NCBI GenBank assembly: GCA_039186325.1
Contig: JBCDAD010000002.1
Location: 50 to 64,049, forward strand
Direction of reading: 5' to 3'
Source: Pseudomonadota bacterium
GTDB taxonomy: Bacteria; Pseudomonadota; Alphaproteobacteria; Caulobacterales; Parvularculaceae
DNA: 64,000 nucleotides
Shown: positions 10,869 to 21,864 of the stretch, piece after piece
Numbering within the stretch: the first letter of the stretch is position 1
How the letters are laid out: each line of letters opens with the position of its first letter
Position numbers and translations under genes: made by a program
The notes under the pieces: model-generated
What the model saw: the letters and a program-made list of their open reading frames with translations, nothing else
What the model was told of the DNA's origin: nothing
Database searches by the model: none

Positions 10869-11657
10869 TCAAGCGCCGGAAATCAACGATTTTGTTGCGT
10901 TTTCAACGTCATCGGCGCGCATCAAGGACTCGCCGACGAGGAAGGCGTTCGCCCCGTAACCGCTTAATGTAACAAGGTCCTGGTGTTCGGCGATTCCGCT
11001 TTCGCTGACCAGGATGGCGTCTTCGGGGGCGTGCTCGGCGAGTTCGGCTGTCGTGCGAAGGCGCGTCTCGAATGTTCTGAGATTGCGATTATTGATTCCA
11101 ATCAAGCCCGTCTCCAAGCGACGGGCCCGGTCCATTTCTCTCGCATCATGAACCTCAACAAGAACATCAAGCGTGAGCGCTTTTGCGGTAGCAGTGAGTT
11201 CAGCCGCCAGGCCATCATCGAGGCACGACATTATCAACAAGACACAATCAGCGCCCCAGGCGCGCGCCTCTGCGACCTGATATGGATCAACCATGAAGTC
11301 TTTGCGGAGCAGGGGAATCTTGGCGATGCTTCGGATGGATTGCAGATATTCTGGCTTACCCTGGAAGCTAGGCGTGTCTGTCAGCACACTGAGACAGGCT
11401 GCGCCGCCCGCCTCATAAGCGGCTGCGATGGAGACGGGATCAAAATCAGCCCGGATGACGCCCTTGGAAGGACTTGCTTTTTTCACTTCGGCAATCAGCG
11501 CAAATGACGTCTTCGCCTTTTTAAGAAGCGCGTCAATAAAGCGTCGGGTCTCGCCTAAGTCGCTGATGTCGCGAAGCAGATCATTCTCCGTACGCCGCGT
11601 TTTCGCGACAGCCACTTCATCACGTTTGTATTCGATAATATCATCGAGAATTGTCAT
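10869..11657 (-). CDS. trpC: Indole-3-glycerol phosphate synthase
   Basis: IAEVKKASPSKG, LSVLTD, LRKDF, GINNRNL, SESGI, LVGESLM. Confidence 0.97.
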   Translation of the reverse strand: MTILDDIIEYKRDEVAVAKTRRTENDLLRDISDLGETRRFIDALLKKAKTSFALIAEVKKASPSKGVIRADFDPVSIAAAYEAGGAACLSVLTDTPSFQGKPEYLQSIRSIAKIPLLRKDFMVDPYQVAEARAWGADCVLLIMSCLDDGLAAELTATAKALTLDVLVEVHDAREMDRARRLETGLIGINNRNLRTFETRLRTTAELAEHAPEDAILVSESGIAEHQDLVTLSGYGANAFLVGESLMRADDVENATKSLISGA

Positions 11658-11663
11658 AATCGT

Positions 11664-12677
11664 TCAGGCGTTGGAGATTTCGATGAGCCGATCAAGAGAC
11701 GCCTTCGCAGCGCCGCGGTCAATCGCGTGCGCGGCCATCTCCACACCATCGCGTAAATTATTGACCTTGTCCGCAACAATGAGCGCTGCGGCGGAATTGA
11801 GAAGCACAATGTCTCTATAGGCGTCCCGATCACCTGCGAGCAATTCCTCAATTGCGGCTGCGTTTTCGGTTGGCGAACCGCCTTTCAAGTCTTCCAGCGA
11901 GGCTTCGGAAATGCCGGCGTCGGATGGCGCGACGGTGAATTCCGCGATCTTGCCGCGGTCTAGACTGGCGACAAAGGAGGGGCCGGTTGTCGTGATTTCG
12001 TCAAGGCCGTCTGAGCCATGAACAACCCATGCGCGCTGGATGCCGAGACGGTCCATGACGCTAGCGACCGGTTTGAGCAGAGTTTTGTCAAAAACGCCCA
12101 TTAATTGACGTTTTGCGCGGGCCGGGTTGCATAAAGGTCCCAAAATATTGAACATCGTGCGCACACCAACGGCTTTGCGGGCGGGCGCCACATTCGCGAC
12201 GGCGCTGTGGTGAAGGGCGGCAAACATAAATCCCACATTGGCGCCCTCAATGCATCGACAGACCTGTTCAGGCTCAATCGCCATTTTGACGCCAAGAGCG
12301 GATAATACATCTGAGGATCCAGACTGAGAGGTCGCGGCTTTGTTTCCGTGTTTCGCGACGGGAACCCCACAACCGGCCACCACCAGCGCTACGGCGGTGG
12401 AAATGTTGTAGGTGTTCGCACCGTCGCCGCCCGTGCCGCAGGTATCTAAGGCGTTCGCAGGCGCGTCCACTTTGACGGACATGGTGCGCATGGTCTCAGC
12501 CGCTGCGGCGATTTCGTCAATGGTCTCGCCCTTTGTCCGCATACCAACGAGAAACGCGCCGATTTCCGCATCACTTGCATCGCCGCGCAATAATATCTCC
12601 ATGGCGTCGCGCATCTCCGCATTGCTGAGTGCGTCGCCGGCGATAATTTTTGAAAGATGGGATTTCAGAACGCTCAT
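11664..12677 (-). CDS. trpD: Anthranilate phosphoribosyltransferase
   Basis: DTCGTGGDG, NISTA, KHGNK, RTMFNILGPL, GLDE. Confidence 0.97.
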   Translation of the reverse strand: MSVLKSHLSKIIAGDALSNAEMRDAMEILLRGDASDAEIGAFLVGMRTKGETIDEIAAAAETMRTMSVKVDAPANALDTCGTGGDGANTYNISTAVALVVAGCGVPVAKHGNKAATSQSGSSDVLSALGVKMAIEPEQVCRCIEGANVGFMFAALHHSAVANVAPARKAVGVRTMFNILGPLCNPARAKRQLMGVFDKTLLKPVASVMDRLGIQRAWVVHGSDGLDEITTTGPSFVASLDRGKIAEFTVAPSDAGISEASLEDLKGGSPTENAAAIEELLAGDRDAYRDIVLLNSAAALIVADKVNNLRDGVEMAAHAIDRGAAKASLDRLIEISNA

Positions 12678-13246
12678 TGAATTGCAGTTTTGATGAAGTT
12701 TTCGATCAATTGCTCGCCATATTCCGAAGCGATGCTTTCCGGATGGAATTGCACGCCGACAATGGGTTTGTCTTCGTGGGTCAGCGCCATGATTTCTCCG
12801 TCGTCCGCATAGGCGGTGACGTCAAGGCAGGCTGGCAGTGACGCCGCTTCTGCGACCAGTGAATGGTAGCGCGTCGCCGTAAAAGGCGACGGGATCGCAT
12901 CGTAATACGCCCCGCCTTTGTGGCGAACTTCACAGGTTTTCCCGTGCATAAGCGCGCCAGCGCGCACGATGCGGCCGCCGAACGCCTGGGCAATCGCCTG
13001 CATGCCGAGGCATACGCCAAATACCGGCACTGCACGCGTCGCGGCTTCATTTACGAGATCAACGCAAATCCCGGCGGCTTCAGGAACGCCGGGTCCAGGC
13101 GACAAAAAGATCGCATCCGGTTTGGCGGAGAATGCGTCATCGATCGAAATTGCATCATTGCGCACGACCTTAACGGGCCGGAACGCGCCGATCAGGTGCG
13201 CGAGATTGTGCGTAAAGCTGTCGTAATTATCGATCAGAAGAAACAT
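12674..13246 (-). CDS. trpG: Anthranilate synthase component II (glutamine amidotransferase)
   Basis: MFLLIDNYDSFT, SPGPG, GVCLG, RYHS, QFHPES; start set at ATG 13246. Confidence 0.93.
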   Translation of the reverse strand: MFLLIDNYDSFTHNLAHLIGAFRPVKVVRNDAISIDDAFSAKPDAIFLSPGPGVPEAAGICVDLVNEAATRAVPVFGVCLGMQAIAQAFGGRIVRAGALMHGKTCEVRHKGGAYYDAIPSPFTATRYHSLVAEAASLPACLDVTAYADDGEIMALTHEDKPIVGVQFHPESIASEYGEQLIENFIKTAIQ

Positions 13247-13349
13247 GCAATGGGGCGAATCGTAGATAGTGCCGGATCGCTCCAGTGTGGCTGGGGCGGC
13301 AATCGATTGCAATTGGAAGTATCAGGCAAAAAGGCGTTCTCAAATCAGG

Positions 13350-14309
13350 ATGGGGCGGGCGAAAAAACAGAAGCGCAGGGGTTGGAGGAAAAAAGACGGT
13401 CATGTCGGTCTGATCGCGGGCGTGATGTTCGCGGCGGTCGGGATGGTGGTCGGGGCGCTGTCGTCCTTTCTGACCGATATCAGCGCGGCCCACGCATCCA
13501 GCGCGCAGTCGCTTAAAATCGCCTCGCTGCGTGACCCCGCCCTCGCCAGGGCGCCGGCCCTGTCGGTCAGAGGCCTGCGCGATCCTTCGCTGGATGATCG
13601 ATACCGGCGCAGAATGGTCCAACAGCCCATCCGACAACGACCAAAGATCGTGATTATTTTTGACGATCTCGGAATTGATAAAGCCGCCTTCAGGCGCGTG
13701 ATGGACCTGCCGGGACCATTGACGTTCTCCTTCCTGCCTTACGCAAATGGCGTCGCGGAACTCGCTCGTGATGCGCGCGCGCGCGGCGATGAAATTATGT
13801 TGCATTTGCCGATGGAGCCGATGGGTGCCGTTGATCCAGGGCCAAATGCGTTGCTTGCGACTATGTCCGATGCGGCAATGTTGCGTTCGTTGCTGTGGAA
13901 TCTCGATCAGATTGAGGGTTATGGCGGCGTCAATAATCATATGGGCAGTCATCTGACGACGGACCATACTGCGATGCGTCTCGTATTGACGGTGTTGAAA
14001 TCGCGAAATCTGTTTTTTCTCGACTCCGTCACAACGGGCGGCAGCATCGTTGAGGATGTTGGTGATGCGGTCGGCGCCACCGTTTTTCGGCGTGATTTAT
14101 TTTTGGATGCGGTCGATTCACCCAAAGCGATTGAGGCGCAATTGCTTCGTCTTGAGGAACTGGCGTTAGAGAATGGCGTCGCCGTTGCGATCTGCCATCC
14201 ACGAAAAAATACAATTGATGTGTTGGGACCCTGGCTGACGACGGCGCCGGCCCGCGGTTTTGATCTCGCGCCGGTTTCAATTCTGCAGGCGGCGGCGGCT
14301 AATTCTTGA
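13350..14309 (+). CDS. Divergent polysaccharide deacetylase (YibQ family)
   Basis: IIFDDLG, LHLPMEP, NNHMGS, FLDSVT, RDLFLD, ICHP; N-terminal basic stretch plus TM helix. Confidence 0.88.
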   Translation: MGRAKKQKRRGWRKKDGHVGLIAGVMFAAVGMVVGALSSFLTDISAAHASSAQSLKIASLRDPALARAPALSVRGLRDPSLDDRYRRRMVQQPIRQRPKIVIIFDDLGIDKAAFRRVMDLPGPLTFSFLPYANGVAELARDARARGDEIMLHLPMEPMGAVDPGPNALLATMSDAAMLRSLLWNLDQIEGYGGVNNHMGSHLTTDHTAMRLVLTVLKSRNLFFLDSVTTGGSIVEDVGDAVGATVFRRDLFLDAVDSPKAIEAQLLRLEELALENGVAVAICHPRKNTIDVLGPWLTTAPARGFDLAPVSILQAAAANS

Positions 14310-14323
14310 ACCCGACATATGCA

Positions 14324-14806
14324 TTATGCCTCATCAGCAATGTCTTCACGCCACAGTTCCGCGTTTTCCGCGATAAAATTTCGCATTTGCAAAATTGAAT
14401 CCTGATGCGCGATATCAATCACGGTCACGCCTCGGTCGCGCAAGAATTTTTCGTTCCCGCCAAAATTCTCTGTATCATTGATGATCACTCTGGGGATGTT
14501 GAATTGCACAATAGTTCCTGCACACATCATACACGGCGAAAGAGATGTGTAGAGCGTCGTATCGCGGTAGGTGGATTGCCGGCCGGCTTTTCGAAGCGCA
14601 TCCATTTCGCCGTGGGCGATCGGGTCGCCCTGCTGAACCCGTTGGTTGTGCCCTGAGGACAGCAGCTTATCTCCGCGCGCGAGAACCGCGCCGATCGGCA
14701 ACCCGCCGGTATCAGCGCTTTTCTTCGCCTCAAGAAAGGCCAGTTCAATGAACCGTTGGTCCCATTCGGTCAGCGAGCGTTCGGGGGAGGGCGTGCTTTG
14801 GGTCAT
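14324..14806 (-). CDS. Nucleoside/cytosine deaminase (CDA fold, yeast FCY1-like)
   Basis: GGLPIGA, GHNQRVQ, HGE, LYTSLSPCMMC, W.EDI C-terminus; start inferred at ATG 14806. Confidence 0.85.
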   Translation of the reverse strand: MTQSTPSPERSLTEWDQRFIELAFLEAKKSADTGGLPIGAVLARGDKLLSSGHNQRVQQGDPIAHGEMDALRKAGRQSTYRDTTLYTSLSPCMMCAGTIVQFNIPRVIINDTENFGGNEKFLRDRGVTVIDIAHQDSILQMRNFIAENAELWREDIADEA

Positions 14807-14883
14807 CGTCTTCAAAGATATCGCCAATCGGTTCTGTAATCGAGTAGGCTTCGAGCAATCTGTGACAATGCGAGCGACGGCCA

Positions 14884-15522
14884 GTGACACAATTCCCAAG
14901 TCTGACAATCGTTGATCACCCGATCATCCAACATAAATTGACGATATTACGAGACAAGACGACGCCGAGCGCGACTTTCAGGCAGCTTCTGAAAGAGATT
15001 GGCTTGCTTCTCGGATATGAAGCAACGCGGGAATTACCGCTTCATGATGTTCACATTGAAACGCCTATCGAGGCCGGCGCGTTCCCGGGTCTTGATGAAG
15101 GACGTCTTTGCTTCGTGTCGATTTTGCGCGCGGGCAATGGTCTTCTGGAGGGGTTGCTCGACCTGGCGCCATCGGCGCGGGTTAGTCATATCGGCATGTA
15201 CCGAAATCCGGAAACACTTCAACCCGTCGAATATTATTTCAAAGCTCCGGCTGGACTAGGCGGCGCCGTAACGATCATGACCGACCCTATGCTCGCAACT
15301 GCCGGAACCGCCATTGCGGCGGCGGATAAGCTGAAATCCCATGGCGCGCGGACGCTGATATTTGTGTGCCTTGTAGCTGCGCCGGAAGGGGTCGCCGTCT
15401 TTAGCGCCCGCCATCCGGATATCCCGATCATCACAGCGGCGCTGGATGAACGGCTGAATGCGAAGGGATATATCGTTCCTGGCCTCGGAGACGCGGGAGA
15501 CCGGATTTACGGCACGGTTTAG
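14884..15522 (+). CDS. upp: Uracil phosphoribosyltransferase
   Basis: [38 protein letters not shown]. Confidence 0.97.
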   Translation: MTQFPSLTIVDHPIIQHKLTILRDKTTPSATFRQLLKEIGLLLGYEATRELPLHDVHIETPIEAGAFPGLDEGRLCFVSILRAGNGLLEGLLDLAPSARVSHIGMYRNPETLQPVEYYFKAPAGLGGAVTIMTDPMLATAGTAIAAADKLKSHGARTLIFVCLVAAPEGVAVFSARHPDIPIITAALDERLNAKGYIVPGLGDAGDRIYGTV

Positions 15523-15553
15523 CGCGTCGTCGCCCCGCTGAATGATTCTCGAC

Positions 15554-17386
15554 CTACGCTTGCTTTTCAGTGATGTAATCGTCGACGAGCGCTTCCAGAA
15601 TTGGCAATGGCACGGCGCCGTTTTTCAAGACGACATCGTGGAAATCCCGGATGTCGAACTTGTCGCCCAACGCCTTTTCCGCCTTCGCCCGCAGGTCCTG
15701 TATTTTGATCATGCCGATCTTATAGGAGAGCGCCTGGCCTGGCATGTCGATATATCGCTCAACTTCCTTGGCGGCGTCATCCTCCGTCATCGGATTGTTC
15801 TCAAGCATATACGCAATCATCTTTTCGCGGGACCATTTTTTGGCGTGGGCGCCAGTGTCGACAACGAGCCTTGCCGCCCGAAGCATTTCATTTTGTAAGC
15901 GGCCAAAATCCTGCATCGGATCGGTGAAACGGCCGATTTCTTTTCCAAACTTCTCGGTGTAAAGCGCCCATCCTTCTATGTATGAGCCAAAGAACGCAAA
16001 TTTCTGGAACATCGGAACATCTTCCAGCTCCTGCTGAATAGCGATCTGGAAGTGATGTCCGGGCGCTCCTTCATGATAGGCGATTGTCTCCATCTCATGC
16101 TTCTGCTTCGTCGACATGTCTTTGAGGTTGACATAATAAATGCCTGGGCGGGACCCATCTGGCGTCGGACGGTTATAAAATGCGATCGGCGCTGTAGCTT
16201 CTCGCCATTCTTCAACAGCGCGGACTTCCAGAGGCGCTTTCGGCAGAATATTGAAATATTCGTCTACATCTTCGTAAATCGCGTCGATATAAGCTTTCGA
16301 CTGATCGAGATACGCTTGTTTGCCTTCCTCTGTATTGGGAAAGAAATTGCTTTCGTCGGTGCGCAGGAAGTCAAAAAACGCAGCAAGATCGCCGTCGAAA
16401 CCGACTTGCTCCATGATCGCTTCCATTTCGCCGCGAATGCGTGCGACGTCATTAAGACCGATTTCGTGAATCTCGTTGGCGTCCAGGTCTTCGACAGACG
16501 TCCAGAACTGAATTCGGTTTTCGTAGAACTTCTTCCCTTTCGGCAGTTTCCAGACACCATTGGGCCCATGGGATTCGTCACTCAGATCTTCAACCCGTGC
16601 GATAAATTTCTGGATGCTCGGCGCAAAGGCTGACAGAAGCGCCGCTTCCGCTTCACCGATCAATCGGTCTTTTTCCGCCTGATCGATCTCCAGCGCATCG
16701 ACTTTGCCTTTAAAGTCGGCGAATAGCGCTGCATCTTCGCCGCTCTCGTCAAACGGTGCGCCTTTCAGCAAATTTTTGGAGTCTTCTATTACCGGATCAA
16801 AGGAAAACGACGTTGGCACGATTCCCCGTTCGGCCGCCAAATCAACGCCTTCGATGATCTGGTCCATGGCGGTCGTAAGACCGTTGATGCGCGAAATATA
16901 GGCTTCAGCGTCCGAGACATCCGCGACCTTGTGGACGTTTTGCAGAAATGTCACCGGGAAAGTTGTCGGATTGTTCATGGTCGAAAAGGCGTAGCCATGA
17001 AATCGGAACGGGTGATCGTTGATCGCGCGTTGCTGCATGAATTCGAATATCCGATAACTGACTTTCGCGGCTTCAGAGAGATCATCGAAATCTATATCGG
17101 CGCGAAGTCGTGCGAGGTCGCCTTTTGTTTCTTCGATTTGTCTGACTGCTTCTGCGTCGGAAAAATCGTCCCATTCACCATAGCGCTCGCCCTTCATGCC
17201 AAGTTGGGATTGAAACAAAGGCGAATTGGCAAGATTGCGCTGGAATATGTCTTCGAAAAAAGCGCTTAAGCGTTGATCTTCGGTTTGGATTTCAACGGAT
17301 TCCGCAGCCTCTTGCGCAGCGAAAAGCGCTGTTGGAGAGACAGAAATCATGATGCTTACCATTACGGCCCGAATTGAATTTTTCAC
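15554..17386 (-). CDS. DUF885 family secreted protein (putative metallopeptidase)
   Basis: Signal peptide; HEGAPGHH, EGWALY, RAARLVVDTG.H, PGQALSYKIG; GTG start at 17386 after an AAGGGG RBS. Confidence 0.88.
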   Translation of the reverse strand: MKNSIRAVMVSIMISVSPTALFAAQEAAESVEIQTEDQRLSAFFEDIFQRNLANSPLFQSQLGMKGERYGEWDDFSDAEAVRQIEETKGDLARLRADIDFDDLSEAAKVSYRIFEFMQQRAINDHPFRFHGYAFSTMNNPTTFPVTFLQNVHKVADVSDAEAYISRINGLTTAMDQIIEGVDLAAERGIVPTSFSFDPVIEDSKNLLKGAPFDESGEDAALFADFKGKVDALEIDQAEKDRLIGEAEAALLSAFAPSIQKFIARVEDLSDESHGPNGVWKLPKGKKFYENRIQFWTSVEDLDANEIHEIGLNDVARIRGEMEAIMEQVGFDGDLAAFFDFLRTDESNFFPNTEEGKQAYLDQSKAYIDAIYEDVDEYFNILPKAPLEVRAVEEWREATAPIAFYNRPTPDGSRPGIYYVNLKDMSTKQKHEMETIAYHEGAPGHHFQIAIQQELEDVPMFQKFAFFGSYIEGWALYTEKFGKEIGRFTDPMQDFGRLQNEMLRAARLVVDTGAHAKKWSREKMIAYMLENNPMTEDDAAKEVERYIDMPGQALSYKIGMIKIQDLRAKAEKALGDKFDIRDFHDVVLKNGAVPLPILEALVDDYITEKQA

Positions 17387-17549
17387 TGTTACGCCCCTTT
17401 TTTTTACAGCAGGGAACCCGAGAATTATCGATTTTCCCAATCACACTGCTTTGTCAGTCGATTCCAACCGAAAGTGTCTACCGCATTTCTGTTTCCGGCA
17501 AAGGCGGCTTTGTCGCGCGTTGCGGACGTTTCGTCGAATTTCGCCGCAA

Positions 17550-19055
17550 CTATTGGCGGTTTCCGGACTGGGCCAGCGCCGCACGTGCCGCGGAAAACAG
17601 CGCTTGCGCTTTATTTTCGCATTCAGCCTGCTCGGATTCCGGATGCGAATCAGCAACGATCCCGGCGCCTGCCTGGACATGCATCACCCCGTCTTTCACC
17701 ACCGCAGTTCGGAGTGCAATGCACGTATCGACATCGCCGTCAGATGAAAAGTAACCAATGGCGCCGCCATAAACGCCGCGTCCGTCTTTTTCCAGTTCAT
17801 CGATAATTTCCATTGCGCGAATTTTCGGCGCCCCGGAGACAGTTCCCGCCGGGAAACCGGCGGCTACTGCGTCGACGGGATGGATATCATCGCGAAGTGC
17901 GCCGACCACATTAGAAACGATGTGCATGACATGGCTGTATCGTTCGATGACAAACTGTTCAGTGACGCGCACCGAACCGATCTTAGACGAGCGACCGACA
18001 TCATTACGGCCAAGGTCAAGCAACATGAGATGTTCAGCGCGCTCCTTTTCGTCCGCAAGAAGCTCTTCGGCCAGGGCCTTGTCTTCGTCGGCGTTTTCAC
18101 CGCGTGGACGCGTGCCTGCGATGGGGCGTATACTGACATCGCCATCACGCACGCGGACTAAAATTTCCGGACTCGATCCAACGAGAGAGAAATCATCAAA
18201 GTTCAGAAAGAACAAAAAGGGCGAGGGGTTGGAGCGCCGCAATGCGCGGTACAGCTCAAAGGGCGGCGCTGCAAAGTCTTGTGAAAATCGTTGACTGAGC
18301 ACAACCTGGAAGATGTCGCCGGCCCGAATGTAATCCTTGGCGCGATCGACCATGGCGAAAAATTCGTCCTTGCTTGTATTGGAATTCTTCGGGCAGCCTT
18401 CAGGTATTGTCTCTACGCTCGTGCGTAACCGGAGCGGGCTTTGCAGATCGTCGATTGCGTCGTTCAGTAACTCACTTGCCCGGGCGTAAGCCGCGCGCGG
18501 CGACACTTCCGGATCAGGCCGCACCGGCGTGAAGAGACTGATCTCCTGTTTAATATTGTCAAAAATCGCGACGAGAGTCGGCCGAATAAATATGGCGTCC
18601 GGCGTCGCGACGCCCGCTGGCGGACGTTCGCCCAGGCGCTCCATCTGGCGCGCCATATCGTAACCAAAATAGCCAAAAACGCCCGCCGCCATGGGCGGCG
18701 CGCCGTCGGGCGGGGCTATCTCCGACTGCGCCAAGAGCTCTTTCAAACGGTCAAGCGGCGCACCTGCCTGCGATTGGAACGTATCGGGATCGTGGGCGGC
18801 GTTCGGATTGATTTCTGATCGATCGCCAAATGCGCGCCAGATCAGATCCGGACGCAATCCGATAACGGAGAATCGTCCGAGCTGTTCACCACCTTCGACA
18901 GACTCAAGGAGAAAGGAATTGCTGCGTTCCCGGCATAATTTCAAATATGCGGAAACCGGCGTTTCAAGGTCCGAGACCGATCGGCGCCACACAAGTTGCG
19001 GGACGCCTTCCCGATAAGCTGCTTCAAATGCGTCGAATGCCGGAAAGGTCGCCAC
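17550..19055 (-). CDS. trpE: Anthranilate synthase component I
   Basis: DLETPVSAY, LLESVEGG, GDIFQVVLSQ, SSPE, PIAGT, EHLMLLDLGRND, GTVSGAPK. Confidence 0.96.
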   Translation of the reverse strand: MATFPAFDAFEAAYREGVPQLVWRRSVSDLETPVSAYLKLCRERSNSFLLESVEGGEQLGRFSVIGLRPDLIWRAFGDRSEINPNAAHDPDTFQSQAGAPLDRLKELLAQSEIAPPDGAPPMAAGVFGYFGYDMARQMERLGERPPAGVATPDAIFIRPTLVAIFDNIKQEISLFTPVRPDPEVSPRAAYARASELLNDAIDDLQSPLRLRTSVETIPEGCPKNSNTSKDEFFAMVDRAKDYIRAGDIFQVVLSQRFSQDFAAPPFELYRALRRSNPSPFLFFLNFDDFSLVGSSPEILVRVRDGDVSIRPIAGTRPRGENADEDKALAEELLADEKERAEHLMLLDLGRNDVGRSSKIGSVRVTEQFVIERYSHVMHIVSNVVGALRDDIHPVDAVAAGFPAGTVSGAPKIRAMEIIDELEKDGRGVYGGAIGYFSSDGDVDTCIALRTAVVKDGVMHVQAGAGIVADSHPESEQAECENKAQALFSAARAALAQSGNRQ

Positions 19056-20947
19056 TAGCCATCCGTGAACAAAGTATCAAGCTGCGATCGATCGACGCGA
19101 ACGCCAAAATCCTCACGGACGCCGTCGACATATGCCTGGAGTAACTCCTGATCGAGCTGGTAGCCGAGGAAATCCCGATATGACTTAGCTTCCTGCGGGG
19201 AGACAGTCGATCGCCCATACCCAATTTCCCGGACATCCGCGATGATTTGCGACGACCCCAAGCCTGCTGCGCCGGTAACGACATCTCCTAAATCGGCGAA
19301 GAAGATCTGTTCTCGCATCTCGGCGGAAATCGCTTCATCGACACCGCGCCTGTCGATCAATTCAACGACGGGCGTTCGGTCAAACGGTTGCGAGGCTTCT
19401 TCGAGCGTTTTCCCGGCGTCCATCTCCGCTTCGATATTTGAGATGGTTTTGGCGATCCGATCCGATCGCTCCTGCGCACGCCACCGGTCTTCGACTTCGT
19501 CGCGGACAATCTCAAGCGGTTCCAGGGCCGGCGGCGTTATACTGTCGAGGGCGACAAAGAAATAGCCGCGCTCAAGCGCCAGTTCTTCGGCCTCAGACTC
19601 TTCGCCTTCCTCCAGGCGGAACGCTTCCTGGATTGCCTCGCCTGGCGCATTGTCGATGATCGCGCCGCCCGGCGTAAAGCTATATTGGTCGATCGGGCCG
19701 ATGGTCGTCACCGCAACGCCGGCGCTTTCGGCGGCGTCCGCCAAACTGGCGCCCACATCGCGCGCTTCTTCTATGATATCGATCGCCTCAAGCATTTTCC
19801 GCCGCGTATCGGCATTCAGATAATCCGCTTCGATATCATCACGGACGTCTTCAAAGGATTGCGATTCTTGCGGCGTGACGCCGGCGACTTGCGCGACGGT
19901 CCATCCGAATAAGCCCTTGATCGGTCCGGCGACATCGCCTTCGCTCAATTCGCTGGAGAATGCGGCGGCGCGCACGGAAGGATCGATAATGTCGTTTTCC
20001 GTTATATCCGTGAAGGTAAGCGACGCGAGCGACGCATTTTTTTGTTCTGCAATCGTTTCAAAGGGTTGGCCTTGTTCGAGCGCGGCGACGGCGCCCGTCG
20101 CCTCGGCTTCGGTGTCGAACGTAATCTGATACAGCGTGCGTTTTTCCGGAATGTCGTAAATGCGTTCCTTGTTGCGGTCGTAAATCCGCCGCAGCTCTTC
20201 CTCCGGCGCTGACAGCCCATCGCGGAAAGCTTTTTCTTCGAGGGCGACCAGTTCGAAGGTACGATATTCCGGCGCGGTAAATTCATCCGGATGCTCATTA
20301 TAATAGGTTTCGATATCATCCGGCGTGGGTTCGGCGGCGACACCCGCCATTTCATCGGTCACAATCAGATAGGCGACGCGGCGCCGCTCCGTCTCGCGCA
20401 ACAGCATGGCTTCCGCCATCGGTTCCGGCGCTGCGCCTGATGCGACGAGCGAGGCCACGAGCTGATTGCGCAGCAATTCGTCGGCGATACGTTTTTCGAA
20501 CTCTTTCACGGACAAATTGTTATTGCGCAGAATTGCATCAAGAATTGTTGCGTCAAATGAACCTGTCACCGGGTTCTGAAAATTCTCATTCGTCTGGAGA
20601 TAGTCCCGAACAATTTCCCGGGGCGCAGACAATCCCATTTTGATCGCCGCCTGTTCGAGGGCTGAGGACGTTGCAATGGACTGGATGACCTGATCGGGAA
20701 GGCCGGTTGCGAGCGCTTGCTCGCGGGTCAGCGTATTGCCGGATTCCTGACGTCGAATATTGAATATCCGGGAGAATTCATTCTGGACGTAATTCGATGA
20801 GAAAGACTGGTCGCCGACCTTCAACGCCGATCCCTGGGTCATCGTGCGCAACTCAGGCACGCCGAACAAAGCAAACGCCAAAATGAGGAGAATGATGACA
20901 AACCAAGCTGTCACGCCCTTTAGCGCGCCGCGAACCTGACTGAGCAT
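19055..20947 (-). CDS. ppiD: PpiD/SurA-type membrane-anchored periplasmic chaperone (peptidylprolyl isomerase)
   Basis: N-terminal TM (LILAFALFG), SurA-N and rotamase-like domains; conserved trpE-ppiD/tpiA arrangement. Confidence 0.8.
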   Translation of the reverse strand: MLSQVRGALKGVTAWFVIILLILAFALFGVPELRTMTQGSALKVGDQSFSSNYVQNEFSRIFNIRRQESGNTLTREQALATGLPDQVIQSIATSSALEQAAIKMGLSAPREIVRDYLQTNENFQNPVTGSFDATILDAILRNNNLSVKEFEKRIADELLRNQLVASLVASGAAPEPMAEAMLLRETERRRVAYLIVTDEMAGVAAEPTPDDIETYYNEHPDEFTAPEYRTFELVALEEKAFRDGLSAPEEELRRIYDRNKERIYDIPEKRTLYQITFDTEAEATGAVAALEQGQPFETIAEQKNASLASLTFTDITENDIIDPSVRAAAFSSELSEGDVAGPIKGLFGWTVAQVAGVTPQESQSFEDVRDDIEADYLNADTRRKMLEAIDIIEEARDVGASLADAAESAGVAVTTIGPIDQYSFTPGGAIIDNAPGEAIQEAFRLEEGEESEAEELALERGYFFVALDSITPPALEPLEIVRDEVEDRWRAQERSDRIAKTISNIEAEMDAGKTLEEASQPFDRTPVVELIDRRGVDEAISAEMREQIFFADLGDVVTGAAGLGSSQIIADVREIGYGRSTVSPQEAKSYRDFLGYQLDQELLQAYVDGVREDFGVRVDRSQLDTLFTDG

Positions 20948-21099
20948 GCGTATCCGTGCCTTCTGTTATTTTGCTCGAAAGCGCGAACCTAGCGATGGTC
21001 CCATGACTGGGCAAGAGACCGAGGCGGGCGGGTCCCGCCTACTGGACAGGGCCGACCGGCCGGCTTACTCGAAATTAAGGACAAAAAGGGAGCGACGCC

Positions 21100-21828
21100 A
21101 TGAAATCTCTAATCGCCGGCAACTGGAAAATGAACGGCCTCTCCGACGCCATGCGCGAGATCGATCAACTGATTGGGAAATTTGCAGGATCCGCGCCCGA
21201 CGACAGAGATGTTTTGATCTGTCCGCCATCGACAATGGTTGCGCGCATGGCGGCGCAATACAGCGATGAAGCGATCATGATTGGGGGCCAGGATTGTCAC
21301 ACCGCCGCATCCGGGGCCCATACCGGCGATATAAGCGCGGAAATGTTGTCTGACGCGGGCGCCGCTTTTGTGATTGTGGGACATTCGGAACGGCGCGCAG
21401 ATCACGGCGAAAGCAATACGCTTGTGTGCGAGAAGGCGAAGGCGGCGCTGCGTGCCGGGCTGACGCCAATCATCTGCGTTGGCGAAACGGAGGCCGAACG
21501 CAAATCCGGGGCCGCGCTTGGCGTTGTTGGTGATCAACTGGCCGGTTCTGTGCCTGATGACACGGATGAGGAACTTGTTATCGCCTATGAGCCCGTCTGG
21601 GCGATCGGGACCGGCCTGACGCCAACGATCGACGATATTGCGGAGATGCACAATCATATTCGGAGTAAGGTCGGTGCGGGGGTCCGGATCCTTTATGGCG
21701 GCTCAGTCAAACCGGGGAACGCCAAAGAAATTCTCGCCGTTGACCATGTAAATGGCGCACTTGTCGGCGGCGCGAGTCTGAAAGCCGACGACTTTTTTCC
21801 AATCGTTATGGCCGCGCCAGGCGTATGA
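21100..21828 (+). CDS. tpiA: Triosephosphate isomerase
   Basis: [36 protein letters not shown]. Confidence 0.98.
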   Translation: MKSLIAGNWKMNGLSDAMREIDQLIGKFAGSAPDDRDVLICPPSTMVARMAAQYSDEAIMIGGQDCHTAASGAHTGDISAEMLSDAGAAFVIVGHSERRADHGESNTLVCEKAKAALRAGLTPIICVGETEAERKSGAALGVVGDQLAGSVPDDTDEELVIAYEPVWAIGTGLTPTIDDIAEMHNHIRSKVGAGVRILYGGSVKPGNAKEILAVDHVNGALVGGASLKADDFFPIVMAAPGV

Positions 21829-21864
21829 TTGAGTAATCAATCGACGCACGTTTAAGGGCTGAAA

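Noticed and set aside
14324-14806. Deaminase as TadA (tRNA adenosine deaminase), which would tie in with tRNA-Arg(TCG)
   Set aside because: Motifs are HGE/LSPC and W.EDI (cytosine deaminase type), not HAE/TLEPC, and it is paired with upp
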